From Raillietiella orientalis (Eukaryota): a stretch of 64,000 nt of DNA. Location of the stretch: positions 2,232,001 to 2,296,000 of the forward strand of contig JAYWIR010000025.1 in NCBI GenBank assembly GCA_036172245.1, read 5' to 3'. Below the pieces are notes generated by a model, which was not told the DNA's origin, ran no database searches, and saw only the letters and a list, made by a program, of their open reading frames with translations. The stretch's first letter is position 1. Each line of letters begins with the position of its first letter. The translations under genes and the position numbers were made by a program. Below are positions 1 through 12,330 of the stretch, piece after piece.

Positions 1-619
1 CGGAGCGGATTTTGCAGCACTCACTGCTGCAGAGCTGGTGCTCTTCCACATGACTCTGGAGCCACCCTCGATGAGACCTCGAAACGTGTTACTGCCAAAA
101 GGGAAAAGAAGAGAGAAGGAAAAAGCGAGAGCTCGGAACTTTACTGAAACACCTGTGACATGTGGCACGCGATTTTCTCAAAACGTACAGACGTGGAAGA
201 ATCGTCAGGAAACCCGCAGCTCAGAGTCCTCGAAGTGCAAGTTGAGGATGGGAAAGCAGAGTCCTCCTCGCCTTCCAGTCTGCCAAAAACACACGGAAAA
301 AAACCCTTTATTCGTGGACCTGCAGGTGCGGCTGGAAAGCCGTGGAACCTCAAGGCGATTTCCTGGATCCTCATTCGGAGGGGGGCTGGTACTCCTGACT
401 GAAAAAAAAAAAAAAAGCGTGAAACTGCAATGCCGAGAGCCGGGGAGAAGTGAGTTTTTCACCGGCACTGGCATCTCGGTTGATCAATGGGCCATCATTA
501 GGGTCGTTCCTGCATCAAGAGGACTCCGGCAAAACACGCTTTCACTTGATGTCCCACCTGGCACTCTTCGTCTTCTTAGGAGGAAAATAGGAAAAAGCAA
601 AGAAGATAACGTGCAACTG

Positions 620-900
620 TCCACCTAAATCTCTTAAACGGCACTCAGATTTCTTGCTGGTGGATTCGTAACAAATGGGCTCCAATGCTTCCTCAACACT
701 TCCTGATTTTCGGCATCCGGAGCCTAAGTGTTTGTCCTCACATCTTTCAAACTCCCAAAGAAGCTTCGGTTCCTCATTCGAGAACTGTGCCGTTTGTCTT
801 CCTCCATCCGGAGCAACTGGTCTCTCACCGACTCGCTGGGTGCCTTCCCGAATTGCACGTTTCCGGGTTTTGAGCACCTTGAGATACGTTGGGCGAGGCA
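620..900 (-). mobile_element. Ty3/gypsy gag relic (frameshifted)
   Basis: Minus strand, across one frameshift, reads TYLKVLK..ETC(N)FGKAPSESVRDQLL, like the gypsy gag motif 'LA.TC.FG..L.E.LRDQ'. It is followed by a degenerate zinc-knuckle-like ERCEDKHLGSGC. Confidence 0.4.
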
Positions 901-1959
901 ACCATGCAGCAAGCGTTTAAGAGGTATTTTTTAGAAGAGGGTCTGGTGAGCCAGCGTTCTCTAAAGTAGGCAGGGCTCTCGAGATTCAGCTCTCTGATGC
1001 TCAAGCGAAAGCGGAAGGATCGACGGGAAGGTGGCGAGGATAAAGGAAGAAGACTCGACTGGCATCGGAAACCAATGGAATGCTCTCAGGAAGAACGAAA
1101 AGGGAAGGGGATACTCGACTGATGATGAAGATGATTCATAAGATCATGAACCGTTCCAGTCGGAGGCAGAGATAATACAGTCACTAAGCGACCCGAGCAC
1201 TTCTTGTTCCCGGAAGAAAAGATCAAGGCAATGGGATGCACTTTGTTTTTGCACTCCGACCTATAAATAGACTCTGAAGTGAAACTGATTCATGTTTGCA
1301 GGTGAGAAGGCTGACTGTCATGGCGGATTATGAAAATTCGGGAAAATCATGAAAACAAAGATGCAGTCCTCCTGATGATTCCTTGCGTTGGCGCGCAACC
1401 GAAGCGCAGCGTCCGCCGGATAGGTGCGTCGCGTCTCCGGAGGCATTTGTCATGCGCACGGCACCCCGGAGTTCTGTGGTATCTTGAAACGCGCGCAGGG
1501 GTGAAAGCTGACCTTTTCTTTTATTGATTTCACCCGGCCGCGCCAGGGCGTTTATTGTGAAAAAAAAGATATCTGGAAAAAGAGAGTCATGAAAAATATA
1601 AAAATGTCTTCCTTCGTAGTGGCTTCAAATAGCCACTGCGAAGGGAGATGCAGCCTCGAAGGCGTTGCTTCTCGTGAGCAGCTTTCCGACGAGGTACCCA
1701 CAGGAGGAGTGTGATAAGGAAGAGGGAGGAGGGGGAGGGTAGCAAGAAACACAAAAAAAAACACAAGAGTTCAGTTTAAAAAATGCTTGGGGGGAAGGGA
1801 CGGGATCACAGATTTCTTCCTGGCGTCCTCAGCATTCTCAGGAAGATGTTGGCAACTTCCCCCCCCCCTTTTTTTCGTTTGGTTGTTTATTTGAAAGAAA
1901 AAAAAACTTCCCCTTTTGCTGGCAGAGATGCGACCATCTTGTCGCCTTGCTCATGAAGG

Positions 1960-2730
1960 AGCAGACGATTAGGGATGACCTCACCGTTCGACTGGCCGCT
2001 TTCGCGTGAATTCTCGTCGCTACGATCCCACGAAGGCAGCACAAGGTTGCAAGGGAAGCTGCAGACGACATCGAGTCGCGCGTGAAGAGGCACCACAAAA
2101 CCTCCCTGCCGTTGTCCATCGGGGGTGGGAGAGCCGCAGCGAAGCGCTCCCGGACACTCAGGAGGGCATTTTTTCCTCTACAGTGTTCCCAGACACCTTT
2201 TCCTTTGCAGACTCCACCAAGGACTACGATGCGGTCTTGGGACTCCTGCAAGCTGAGGCACACAGGAGGCTCAAAAGGGGCGGGAAGGGCGTCGTTGTGA
2301 AATACGGGAAGTTCGTCCTCGTCTCCGTTCGTCAACGAGCGCGTGGGTCGTTTTAGGGATGAAAGAGCAAGTCCGATGGACGGAGACTGTTCGCGACGGC
2401 AGCACACACGCAGGAAGATCGAAATAAAATAAAATGAAGACATCCATCGTGGTGATGTCATGACCCAAAACAGCAGATATGTACCAACGCGAAATTTTGG
2501 TCATTCGCAAAGCGACCTTGGACGTGTGGCATGTGTGAGCGACGCTTCCAAAGGCGCGGAGGTGCCATCCTGGAGAAGACCAACCAAAGTAGCGAACGTG
2601 TGACATTCGGACATGCACGTATGTGGTGAAGAGTCGTTTATCAAGAGTGGAGACTGGAGATTAGACACGGGGCCAGCTCTTCGAGCTGAAAGCAGCAAAC
2701 ACTCTATGGGACGCGCGCACTGTCAGAGGC
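1960..2730 (+). pseudogene. Decayed M12B/ADAMTS-like metalloprotease copy
   Basis: Ordered motif remnants across frames: DDIESRVK..SLPLSIGG (VDLRY..IRISIAG), KDYDAVLGL (YDIAV), LFATAAH at ~2387 (IVAAHE), HRGDVMT (DG.IMS), KFWS, GRVACV (ATCL), HPG, HVCG. Confidence 0.6.
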
Positions 2731-3339
2731 ATCCTCCTTTGCCGACGCTGACCTTTCTTTTTCAAAAATCGAAGCTCGATCGTCCAACAGAATGCAAGCA
2801 ATTCACCTTGGTCTTCTGGAGTTTCGACGAACCGACTCATTCCACCTTGCTGAAGGAAAAGTGGAAACACTGCAGAATGCGAAAAGACGGCCTTCAAGAG
2901 GAAGTTCCTCCTCCCCATGACAGCGAGGAATGAGAGGAAGAAGGAGACCTCGCAAAGAGCAATGTTGCTGCATCACGTGCACGTGTCTCGCAATCCCAAC
3001 ACGTGATTCCGACCAGTGATGAATCGACGTCCGCAACACCAACCATATGGGTCTGATTCGCCAGTGAAAGACTGCTTTCGTTTCGACCGGCGAAAGATGA
3101 GCCGAGCGGTGCACACCTCTCCCGTGGTGGTAAAGCGCTCAACGCAGCGTACAGGATGTTCGGGAGTGCACGAAACAAAACCCGTTTTTTCCCACAGGCG
3201 TGCAAAGGCTGCAGGGAAGGTGGAAAGTGTCCTTACAAAGGTAAGGGCGATGCTCTTGCAGGAAAGCAAAGGATGTAAAAATCAAAAAAAAAAAAAAAAA
3301 AATGTGTGTAGGAATCTTTCATTTTTACTTTTCGACGCT

Positions 3340-4520
3340 TCCCGCTTTGGTAAGAGTAGAGGTTGGGAAAGAAGCCAGATGAGGAAGCTGGATGAGCAGC
3401 AACAAGCAAACTATGTTGCCCTTTTGAACCTTCCGCAACGCAATACAAAAAGGCTTATTGGCCTACAGACAAAACATACGTCAAATGCATCAGAGGCTGC
3501 ACACATCAGAGTTCCTGAAGATTGCAAGGAAGAGGGCAAAAGGTTGCATTGGGAACCATCATTCGTTCCTTAGAAAAGAGCTGTGCTGCCGTCGACCTTG
3601 ATCAACAATTCCACAAATTGCCAAAATTCAGATGCTTGTGGACGGCACTTGGGAAAGTGATCTTGTGACACAGACTTTTCGAGCGATAGGGCCGTCCATC
3701 AAATACCGCGTTGGATCACCAAAAGACGAACAGGGCACAAGAAAGAATTAAAGAGTGTCAGATGTCGGCACGCCGACGTTTGAACTGCTGGAAAGTGGGA
3801 GCAACTGCGAAGACGTCTGTCGAGGGGAAAGTCCGAGATTTGCAAAATCGGAAAGCCCGGAACGAGACAGGAAATGGGTGAACTGATTCGGCAACGCCCG
3901 TAGGCAATGACCAAGAACAGTAAGCACCCGTCCTGGACTCTGCAGCTTTCCTCCACAAGGTTGTTTCCTATGGTCTAGAAAAGAGGTCCTCATCAGCAAG
4001 GAAGCCACTGCAATCCTAGGTTTTCTGTGAGCAGGAAACATTTCCGTGTCGCTGCGGAAGATCCGCGGTAATGGCAGTCCCCGAATATGAGTGCAGCGAG
4101 ATTAGCAGCTATCAAGAACCCAGTGCGGCAATGGCTCTCTTCCAACTATTCTTCAGCCATCGTGGCTCAATATGGAAAAAACATCTGATTAACCAGAAGG
4201 CACCGCTCGCTATGGATTGCAGTCGCTGTTTTCATCACAGGAGAGCTTTCATGGAGTCTGGACTCTGCGTCCGGATTAAGGAAAGTTATCACTTCATGAG
4301 GAACGCATGGTAGTCGACGGGAATACTTGGGGAGCATGCTGAATCAGTAGTGACGCGCTTATCCATATCTCGTCGATGTGGAACAAACAGGAAGAAAGGA
4401 AGAAACAAGAAGCATTGCAGGTTTTGCTTGGAAGCTGAAAATAGAAGTACAAAAGCAGAAGGCTCCATCAAGAAAGTCAACCTCACCCTCTGCCATTCAT
4501 ATTTTTGGAAGGTTCGTACC
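3340..4520 (+). mobile_element. piggyBac-like transposase relic
   Basis: WEPSFVP*KR resembles IDESMVPFKGR; KIQMLVD resembles KIWMLCD; a KPTAIL-like segment lies near 4000. C-terminal KKHCRFC...KKVNLTLCHSYFWKVRT resembles the piggyBac Cys-rich tail. Many stops and frameshifts; AT-richer than flanks. Confidence 0.5.
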
Positions 4521-5359
4521 AAAATAGGGGAAAAACAAAAAGTTGGTCTTCGGATCAAAAAGACAGAAAGCTATTGAGCTATAATGTAAAGTTAGAAAAA
4601 AAATGTTCACTGTTTTACCGATACTTCGTACACGACATGTTCTTTTGAATGGTCCAGGTCCAGGAAAAAGGGGACTGCACAGTCGCAGCTCCCAGCAATT
4701 CTTAGCTGCTTAGCAGATCTTGCAAGCAACATGAGAGTGCATCGAAAGCAGCCTTAAAAGGCTATGATGCTGCTGCTATGGATGAAATTAAAGGCTCCCT
4801 TCGGAAATAGGAAGACTGGTTGTAAACCATAATCCAGATGTCTTTCAACGTCCTTGAAACAGGCAGTTATACAGATCCGATTACACAATCCGATGAAGAT
4901 AAAGGTATCCAGAGCGACAGAAAGAAGGGAAGAAGAAAAAAAAAAAACAAGTCGCCAAGCACTGGCCTGCTGCCATCCGTGGAGAATCCCGTGGTCATCG
5001 GAAGATCAGTCGAACCCCACTTATAAAATTCGTGACCCTTTCCTTCCCTTTGTCGTTCTCTCATCTCCCTGGTACCAACTCACCAGCTCAGATGGTACTA
5101 GATGGTATTAGTGATCAGAATGGGTTCTAGAACCTGACACCGGAATGATAAAGCAAAAGAATGGCACCGCCTTCCGCACTGACTAGCAACCACCCAAATC
5201 ATCCTCCAGAATAGGAAGCATCTGAATGATTTTTCTGTCGTGGGTTTTCTATCCAGTCTCAAGTCCAAGTGAGAAGCTAGCTATCGGGATACCTGTGTGA
5301 TCAAAATTTCAAGATACGGGTATCTTGACTGCCTAGCAGCTTCAGAGGAGAGGAGAAAG

Positions 5360-5990
5360 AGGAGAGGGCCACGGGTTGATACCAACCGCTTGAAGACTTC
5401 CGACACCCAGCCGAAAACTCAGAGATGGTGGAATCCTGGAAAAAGGTGCGGGCCAGAACTCAACGAATGCTTCTAAAATGAAGGGAACAGGGTTCCTGAA
5501 TAGGAAAGTGGTACTGGAGGATCCAGCTGATTTCAGACCGCCTCTCGTAGCAGTGGACTTCCTGTGGCGGAAGTTCCAGAATCAGATCTTGACGACCTGA
5601 CTCTGCCTCTCAAAACGGTTTATTCATTTCTTGCAACCCAAAAAGAGTTGGAAACCGTCGAAAGGGTCTTGAAGGAGTCTCAAGGTAACGAGGATTAAAG
5701 GTCAGGAACCGGAAGCACCACAGCAAGACAGCAGGGATGCGAAAGCAGGAAGACTGAGCCCCACTTGTGGGAGATGTTTCTGGTGCAGATCTTTGCACCA
5801 GTTAGTGGTGACTGGCCGACACTGGATGAACTTAACAAAAGAACGCCGAGTAATGAGAGAGACCAAGACAGATCTCCGCCAAGGCGGTGAAGGGTGCAAG
5901 GCAGAGGAAGAACTGCAAGCTGCGGGGCTGACCGTTCACTTCGATATCGAACGTGGTCGCGGCCTCAAGCGTCGTGGATTCTCAGGAATC
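5360..5990 (+). mobile_element. non-LTR (LINE) reverse transcriptase relic
   Basis: MVESWKK, LEDPADFRP..LWRKF (DPANYRPISL..KIF) and GLTVHFDIERGRG (F.I.RGVRQG) appear in RT domain order. Confidence 0.5.
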
Positions 5991-6026
5991 GTAGGTGAGG
6001 AAGAAAAACGATAAACCGAGAAATGA

Positions 6027-7045
6027 ATGTATCAAAAAATGATGGAGAAGCCTGCACGAACATTCAGTATCCCAGAAACATCTAGATACCGAAAGCACGG
6101 GATAGGTGAACAGGCAAACCAACTCCATCCTTTCAGCAGACTCTTCCGTGGAATGAACGGGATCAACCCGGATTCGAAGCGCGCACCCGAGATGAGATGC
6201 CATCTGTTCTGTTTTCCTGAGGCAGCACCAGGAGCAGACACAGATGTGGCAGTGCGGAGCAGCCCTCGAAAATTCATTCGACACTCAACAGTGTTTTCGA
6301 TCGAGGGTGTTCCCACCTGAAAGTCCCTTGGAAGGGAATCTTGTCTTGGACACACCTCTTGTGGTTCCGCGACCTCACCTTCAGCCATGTGCGGAGCAAA
6401 GAAGGAGCGCGTTTCTTCCCCCCCCCTTCCCCTTCCGCACTCACACACTCTCCCGCTCCCTTGCGCTTGTTTTGCGCCTTCCAGCAGGCGCACCTTCGGG
6501 TGGGCTCCAGAGAAGAGATGCTGCGCTGGGTGTCCCTCGGATCGCCCACGTCGATGCGTCGGCCTCCTGGAGCCGGCGATCGAGGTTTCGTGCCTCACTG
6601 CTCAAAGACGAAAGCGGCACCCGCAACGATCGAAAACGTGGCAGCAGCGTTCCGTGCCATTCCTAACACCAGCGTTTAAGATGGATCCCCGCTGTCCGCT
6701 ACCTGGTGCTCTGGTGGACAGGTCACGGCGTGAGGCGAGAACGAATTCAAGAGCCAGATAGGAAAATGGATGAAGGCTTGGTTGCCGAGAAACCTTCCCC
6801 CGTGTCCGCCGGTCGCAGCCGATCACGATGGCTGCCGGAAGTCCCGCGACGTGCTCACGCACACCTCGAGAATTGGACACGTGCGGAAAACTCACGCACG
6901 TGTCAAATGCTCGAGGTGTGCGGCCGTCTCCAGCGATTGGTCGCTCGTGTCGCATTCCTCGAGGATCACCCGCGGGCCAAAATCGGCGGGAATTCTTCTG
7001 GTGTGGTCATGTTCCAAGGAAGTGTCTAAATGCCACTGCAGAACC
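6027..7045 (+). pseudogene. Decayed M12B/ADAMTS-like metalloprotease copy
   Basis: KPARTFSI; GINPDSKRAPEMRCHLF (AIDS..LTDMGKYLF); DTDVAV; HLRVG.REEMLRW; GDRGFVPHCS (ERGFRWSPCS); WLPRNLPP...D..CRKSR (LPRVLPG..D.QCRKDR); EVCGRL; CGHVPRKCLN. 6485-6595 is also DNA-similar to 29985-30100 (inverted). Confidence 0.7.
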
Positions 7046-7149
7046 GGGAGTGACGATGGTGGTGTGGAGGCGTGGCAGAGCCGAATCCTAAACGGAATTG
7101 CCAAGGGCACGAAGCGTCGCAAGCGGGCTCGAGCAGGTCGGGGGTACGG

Positions 7150-8046
7150 TACAGGGTGCTCAGGTCAGGAAGACCTCGGGTGAAGGAACGGACGCGAGAC
7201 CGGAGTGGCTCCTAAGGAGTCTTCGCGCTCCTCGGAGCTGCACGTTACTGCGCTGGGGTTTCGCCAGCTCATCGGGGGAAACAGTAGCACATCTTCGGAA
7301 AGAGGGCAGCTCCATGCAGATGGGGCCAGGAAGAGGCGAGATTTTCGCAAAGAAACCCATCACAGAGGCGATACCGCATCGCCTGGAGGAACGACATTCC
7401 CTGTGAACGGAGGCTGCGCGAGGACCTGCGGTGGTTTGTTGGAGCTCCGATGCTCGCGGGAACCCCGCAACGCAGCACCGCGGATGGCAGCGCCACGGGA
7501 GGAGCTGGAAATGGCCAGCTCGGCAGGAAGCCACCGACCACGCGGCCGAGCTGATGGCTCCTGCCGGCGCCGGAGGAAGAGCGCCAGTCTTTGTTGACCC
7601 GTGCTTTTCAAACGCCGGAACCCGTGCGAGTAGAGGGAGTGGCGAAGATCCCCGTTGCCGGGAGGGAGGTGGGGAGGGTTTGGACCGGGTACGTAGGTGG
7701 ACCTTCCCGACAGACAAGGAGCGCTCGTCCCCTCCCGCGCTGCTAGACACCAGTCGGGGACCACTTCTTCGCCATCAACGGCGGAGATGGACTGCTCAGG
7801 GCAAAAGAGTTTCTTTCGCCTATGACGAGTCTGTTTCGGCTTTGTGGACTTGGCCGGCGCAGCAGATCTTCCGGAGATGCAGGCTGAGAAAAAGGAATAG
7901 CAGGTCCAGTTCGCCGAGAAGAGAGCGCGACTCGTGTTAAAGTCGGGCGCTATTTGGCTTCCTTGATATTCCCAGACGCACACTCCCGTGCTCTTTATTT
8001 GCTCCACGAAGCGCGCTGCCGAAGCACCCTCCGATGTGGCGTCCAC
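7150..8046 (-). pseudogene. Decayed M12B/ADAMTS-like metalloprotease copy (HQLG subfamily)
   Basis: AVDGEEV; RRLK..VNKDWRSSSGAGRSHQLGRVVG (KRLEKVN..ED.GGFSG..AAHEVGHLLG). About 350 bp of clear DNA homology to 27380-27725 and weaker homology to 30120-30290. Confidence 0.65.
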
Positions 8047-8299
8047 GACCTTCCTCTCCGTGGAAACGGATGGCGTCGCTTTTGCCTTGGGCGAAGCTCG
8101 TTAGCACCCCGTTTCCATGAAGTCGAGGGGTGGGCCTCAGGAGAACGTGTTTTTTTTTTTTTCATCCCGCTACTTCCTGCGATGTCCAAGTGCCGGTAAA
8201 TTTGCCATTGATGGGAAGTGACATGCCGTCACCCTCCAAACTACAAAAGGGAGAGGGGGGAGGCGGTCTGAACCGATCACCCCCTGACCGCTATGAGAA

Positions 8300-8790
8300 G
8301 CAACCGATGGATGTCGCGTTTCCTCGGGGACAAGGGAACGCCCTCGCCTCGGGCCAAATACTTCGCCTGCGATTCGAGAACGGGGATCCGCACGAAGAAG
8401 GGGGAGCGGAAAGTTCTTCCTCCCGCAGTCCGTCCTGTTCCCACCGGCGTTGTTCCCTCTGGGGGATGGAAGTCTTTGAGAGGCAGGGTGGGTGGTAGCG
8501 GTTCTTTGCGGGTTGCACGAACTCCGGATCTTCCGTCAGTAATTCCGAGATGAGTATCACGAGCGGAAGTACGGCTCCAGACTGGTACGCGGATCTTTCC
8601 CAGTATCCCTGGCAACGCGCAGGACGCGATGATTCCCTCATCAGCTCGGATTCCGACTCCAATAAAACACCCACAGCCATCGAGAAGCCGAAAATCCAGA
8701 GAAAGCCGTGGGCGAGGATCGGCGAGGACTGAGTTTAAGAGAGCGAAGAAAAGCGGTAATGATGACATCGCGCTGCAGCTGCGATTGATG
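8300..8790 (-). pseudogene. Decayed M12B metalloprotease copy (N-terminal half)
   Basis: LFFALLNSV..DPRPRLSL (YF..FWN.V..P.IRISI); ALPGILGK (AL.DMGK); LVILISELL. Confidence 0.4.
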
Positions 8791-9239
8791 ATGATGACGC
8801 AGCTGCCTCGCGTATGAGGAAGAGAAGAGTCAGGCAGGCCCGCCGCTCGTGGCTGCAGGTCGGTAAAAACCAGGAGGTCGCTTCTCGCTTGTAGCCTCCT
8901 CGACGTCCTCGCACGGCACGTTCGGCTGTGGCGTTCTGCGCGCGCACCTTTTGTGCATACAAGGGGGGAAGTTCCCGCGGAGGTGGACGGGATTTTCTAG
9001 GTGGACGGGTCCTTGGGAACTCGGAGACTTCCGGGCTTCCTGGTCGGCACTTTCGCCATTCCTCTCCGTCGCCAGGAGACCGCCATCTTGCTCGCGCTCT
9101 GGGTTTTCCCTTTCCCCTCCCTCCGAAGCGAAGAGCGCCACTATACCCCAGCGAAGAGAACGCCCTAACGGTGAGCCCGCCGCGCAGTATGCAGGAGACA
9201 CTTCTACACTTGGGATGGGGATGTCCGGATCAGCGATGG

Positions 9240-9600
9240 AAGCGCATCGCTGAATGCACTTCAGTCCCCCCGACGCTTCCCCCTCAGGGCCTGCTTGAGG
9301 GAACGCCCACTTCTCCAGGCTCACCGGCTGCCTTCTCACCGGCGACTTTCTGCCACATGTGCACAGTGATGACCCCAAAATGGAGAAAGGGCGTGGTTCG
9401 GAGAGCCCCTTGCAGTCCCCACTGCCTATGCGGAGGGTAATGAAGTGGCCCCAGTCGGGTCCATGCGAGTTGCACGTCGGGATGATTCGGGCAGGTCAAC
9501 CGGACACTGGTGACCGCACCTCCATTTCCGTTTCCTCGCTTGACCCGAATCGTGTTGGTTACGGTGAGACTAGTCCATCCCACTCCCCCTTCTCTCTGCT
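9240..9600 (-). pseudogene. Decayed M12B metalloprotease copy (Cys-rich tail)
   Basis: AGPEGEASGGLKCIQRC resembles AAEGSPCGDG..CL.G.C; GHFITL upstream resembles GKLLTL. Confidence 0.35.
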
Positions 9601-10459
9601 ATTCTTGGAGGGATGGGGTAGGGACCCTGTGATTATGGGCCAACGCATGTAGAACTCTACCTGCTTATTCATCCCATAGATACCTAATTCAACATCGAGG
9701 TCACAAAATTTTACATCAATTAGAACTCTCCGTGAAAATAACGCTGTTAACCCTTAGGTAAATTTTTCTTCATTTAAAGATCACTATTACTCCATAAAAT
9801 TACCAAACCATGAAGATAAATTCTTTGGCCTTCCGAAAACGAGGCGGCAAATCTGTTTTCGTCTATTTATTTATTTTAAAGAAATGTCCCGGCTATCCGG
9901 GACGGTGGTTTCTAGCGCCGCCGTGCGGTGCTGGCTTCCCACTGCACCCCGGGATAGGAGGGATACGCGCCAGGAGTGCGATGGAGTCGTCATGGCCACA
10001 GGTGCGCCGTACCGGCGGCGACGGAGGCAGAGGAACCTCCGCTGACGCGAGACTCCCTCTTTCGCGAGTCTGCGAGGAGGGACGAAAGGCCGCGCGCGCG
10101 CTCCGAGCTATCGGATGGCTCGGCCACCTGCGACCGCTTGAAGGACCAATCAGACGGTCCCCCCTCTTTCGCACTCCCGGACGTGGAACAGAGCATCCGG
10201 CGGGACGGCAAGGACCCTCCCTGGATTGCGAGGGAGCGGGGAGCAGCGCGTGGCACTTCGGAGAGGAGCGGAAGAAGGATGCCACCAGAGGCATTCCTCC
10301 CACCGAGAGGCCCAAGGAGGAGCGCAGGATCCTCCGCCTCCTTGAGCCCCTGTACGTCGTCCCGCAGTGCTGACCGACTCCCTTGGCCGAAGAGCAGAAG
10401 GCAGCGCCAGCGTTCGAAAAGAGAACAAAAAAGGAAAAAAGGCGGCAGAACGAGCAGCG

Positions 10460-11190
10460 CCCGAGGCAATGAGTGCCTTCCTCGCCAGTTCCTCCGCTGC
10501 AAGAGGAAGGAGCTGTTCTTCGTTGCAGGCGATGGCACACATCTGTCAGGAAAATCGAAAGCGTGTTCCCGCGGAAAGAAGGCGAGAAGATTCTTTCACG
10601 ATGCTCCCACGTTTTGTTGATTGCATGCTCACCAGGGGGAAGAGTCACCACCGCGTTCTCAGCGGCCAGGCGTGCGAAGGTTGCGGATGCGTCCACCTTC
10701 GCCCGTTTACGGCAAAGCTGCCCTTCTCGAATGCCCTTTCATCACAAGCGGCGGTCCGTCCGGCCCTCCCGACAGCAACCTGGGGTAAGAATTCTTCTCC
10801 AGGCCCACGAGGAACTCATGGCAACGCCACGAGGGGAGAAGGGGTCGACACACGACCTGGGGACTCCTTCGTCTCGCCGATCCCCAGCCAGCTCCTTCGC
10901 TGTCACCTCGGGGTGTGGCACAACCAGAGGGTCACTGCAGGCGACCCGTTTGATACTCCATCGGGGATCAGGCGAGAGCGGTGCCCGAAGACCCTCGGTT
11001 GCCTTGTGGACCAGGACCCACGAACCGCGTGCACTGGGGGGAGGGGGAGGAGAGGACCCGAAAGGGAAGTGCGCAGGCAAACCTCAGCGTCCTCTCCCGT
11101 TCGCTTTCCTGAGACCTTCCCAAGCCGCCTGCTGACCTTCGGAGGGACGGTTTGCATCGACCGAGAGAAGAGGCGGAGAGAAGAGCAGCC
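10460..11190 (-). pseudogene. Decayed M12B/ADAMTS-like metalloprotease copy
   Basis: KRVACSD..VTAKELAG (VAIIED..AHELG); C....RGVAMS; LPPG; DVCHRLQ; CSGGTGEEGTHC (AAEGSPC). Confidence 0.55.
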
Positions 11191-11599
11191 CGACCTTCTC
11201 TCCGGATTCCGAAGGGGATCCAAGGGGCGGCTGCGGTCCGTCCAGCGGATGGACGGCAGCAGCAGCAGCAGCAGCCTCTTCCGCCACCGGCCTACCGTCG
11301 TCGTCTCTTCGTCGACCTCGTTGCCTCGCGACGCCGTGAGGGGTGAGGGTGCAAAGGAGGAAGTCCTATTAAGTTCGCACGCGCGTGCTGCGCGCAGGGG
11401 GAGACTCTCTCTCCGGTGGGCGTGCCCATCCTGCGTGAATCCCCGAGACACTGAGTGCCTTTCTTTGACGCGCGCTCCGCCCCGCCCTCTAGATCTTCAG
11501 CTCCCTCTCTCCCCAGCTAGCCGCCCCTCCCGGGCCCCAGAGACCCCTCCGTCGGCGAAGACCTTTGCAGTTGCTGCTTCGTAGGCAAGGGCCGCCCTC

Positions 11600-12330
11600 C
11601 CCGCCACTTCGTGCTGGTCCTGCGTGGATACCCTAACGCCGTCTCCCGGAAGCTCCAGGTGTGGCGGCTGCGGCTTCGGGCCCGTCCTCGAAGTGGGCAC
11701 GGAATAAAAGAGGTCGGAGGTCATCCTTGCGATTCCGCTTTCGTCGAGCCAGGTCGAGCCAGGGCTGGCCGCCACGGGAGGAGCGCCTGCGCCAAGTACT
11801 CTGGCGGCTGGGGCACCTGCTCTTTCGCTTCCCGCGGGCGCCACGGCCTGGCTCGTCCCGATCGGGAGAAGAGAGGGAGAAGATTAGCTGGATGGAGGTG
11901 GCAGCTACTCGTCCGACGGAACGATAAGCGGTGCTCTCCTCCGCGCGGGAGGAACTCCCGTGCGGAGAAGCACGGATCCATCGCTCGCAGCATCTCCGCA
12001 GAGACAAAGGGAGTTGTTTGGAGCCGCACGCCGGAGGTGGCACTTCTGGGAAGCACGTCCCCGGCTGCCTCTCCTGACAGCAGGCTCGGCAGAGCGATAC
12101 TTCAGGCCGACAGCTCGGGACTGCTGCTTCCTGTCTGTGGGGGACGCGAGCCCCGAGCCCGAGATACGCCCACATCCGGAAAAGCTCCCCGTGGACAAGA
12201 GCGTTCTCCTCAGGAGGTTCTGGGACAAAGAGGCAGGAGAGGAGGAGCCCGTTCCAGCTTCGCGGACGCAGGAGGCCGGTTTCCTTGGAAGACGTTCCCG
12301 GAAGAAGGACGGCCGAGAGAGTCCGCTGGT
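11600..12330 (-). pseudogene. Decayed M12B/ADAMTS-like metalloprotease copy
   Basis: ELFRMWAYL..RVPH..AAV..LCR...GTCFPEV...AC (ALTDMGKYL..RLP.YDIAV..MCR..GFAYVGGAC); FSAREF (VAAHE); ELPG. Confidence 0.55.

Noticed and set aside
6575..6600. GDRGF as an ISL2EU/Harbinger DDE 'DRGF' motif
   Set aside because: Context (DRGFVPHCS followed by LPRNLP..CRK) fits the metalloprotease RGFRWSPCS motif.
6830..6960. C2H2 zinc-finger-like reading (CRKS..HVRKTH..CSRC)
   Set aside because: Spacing is imperfect, and it is better explained as the frameshifted Cys-rich tail of the metalloprotease copy.
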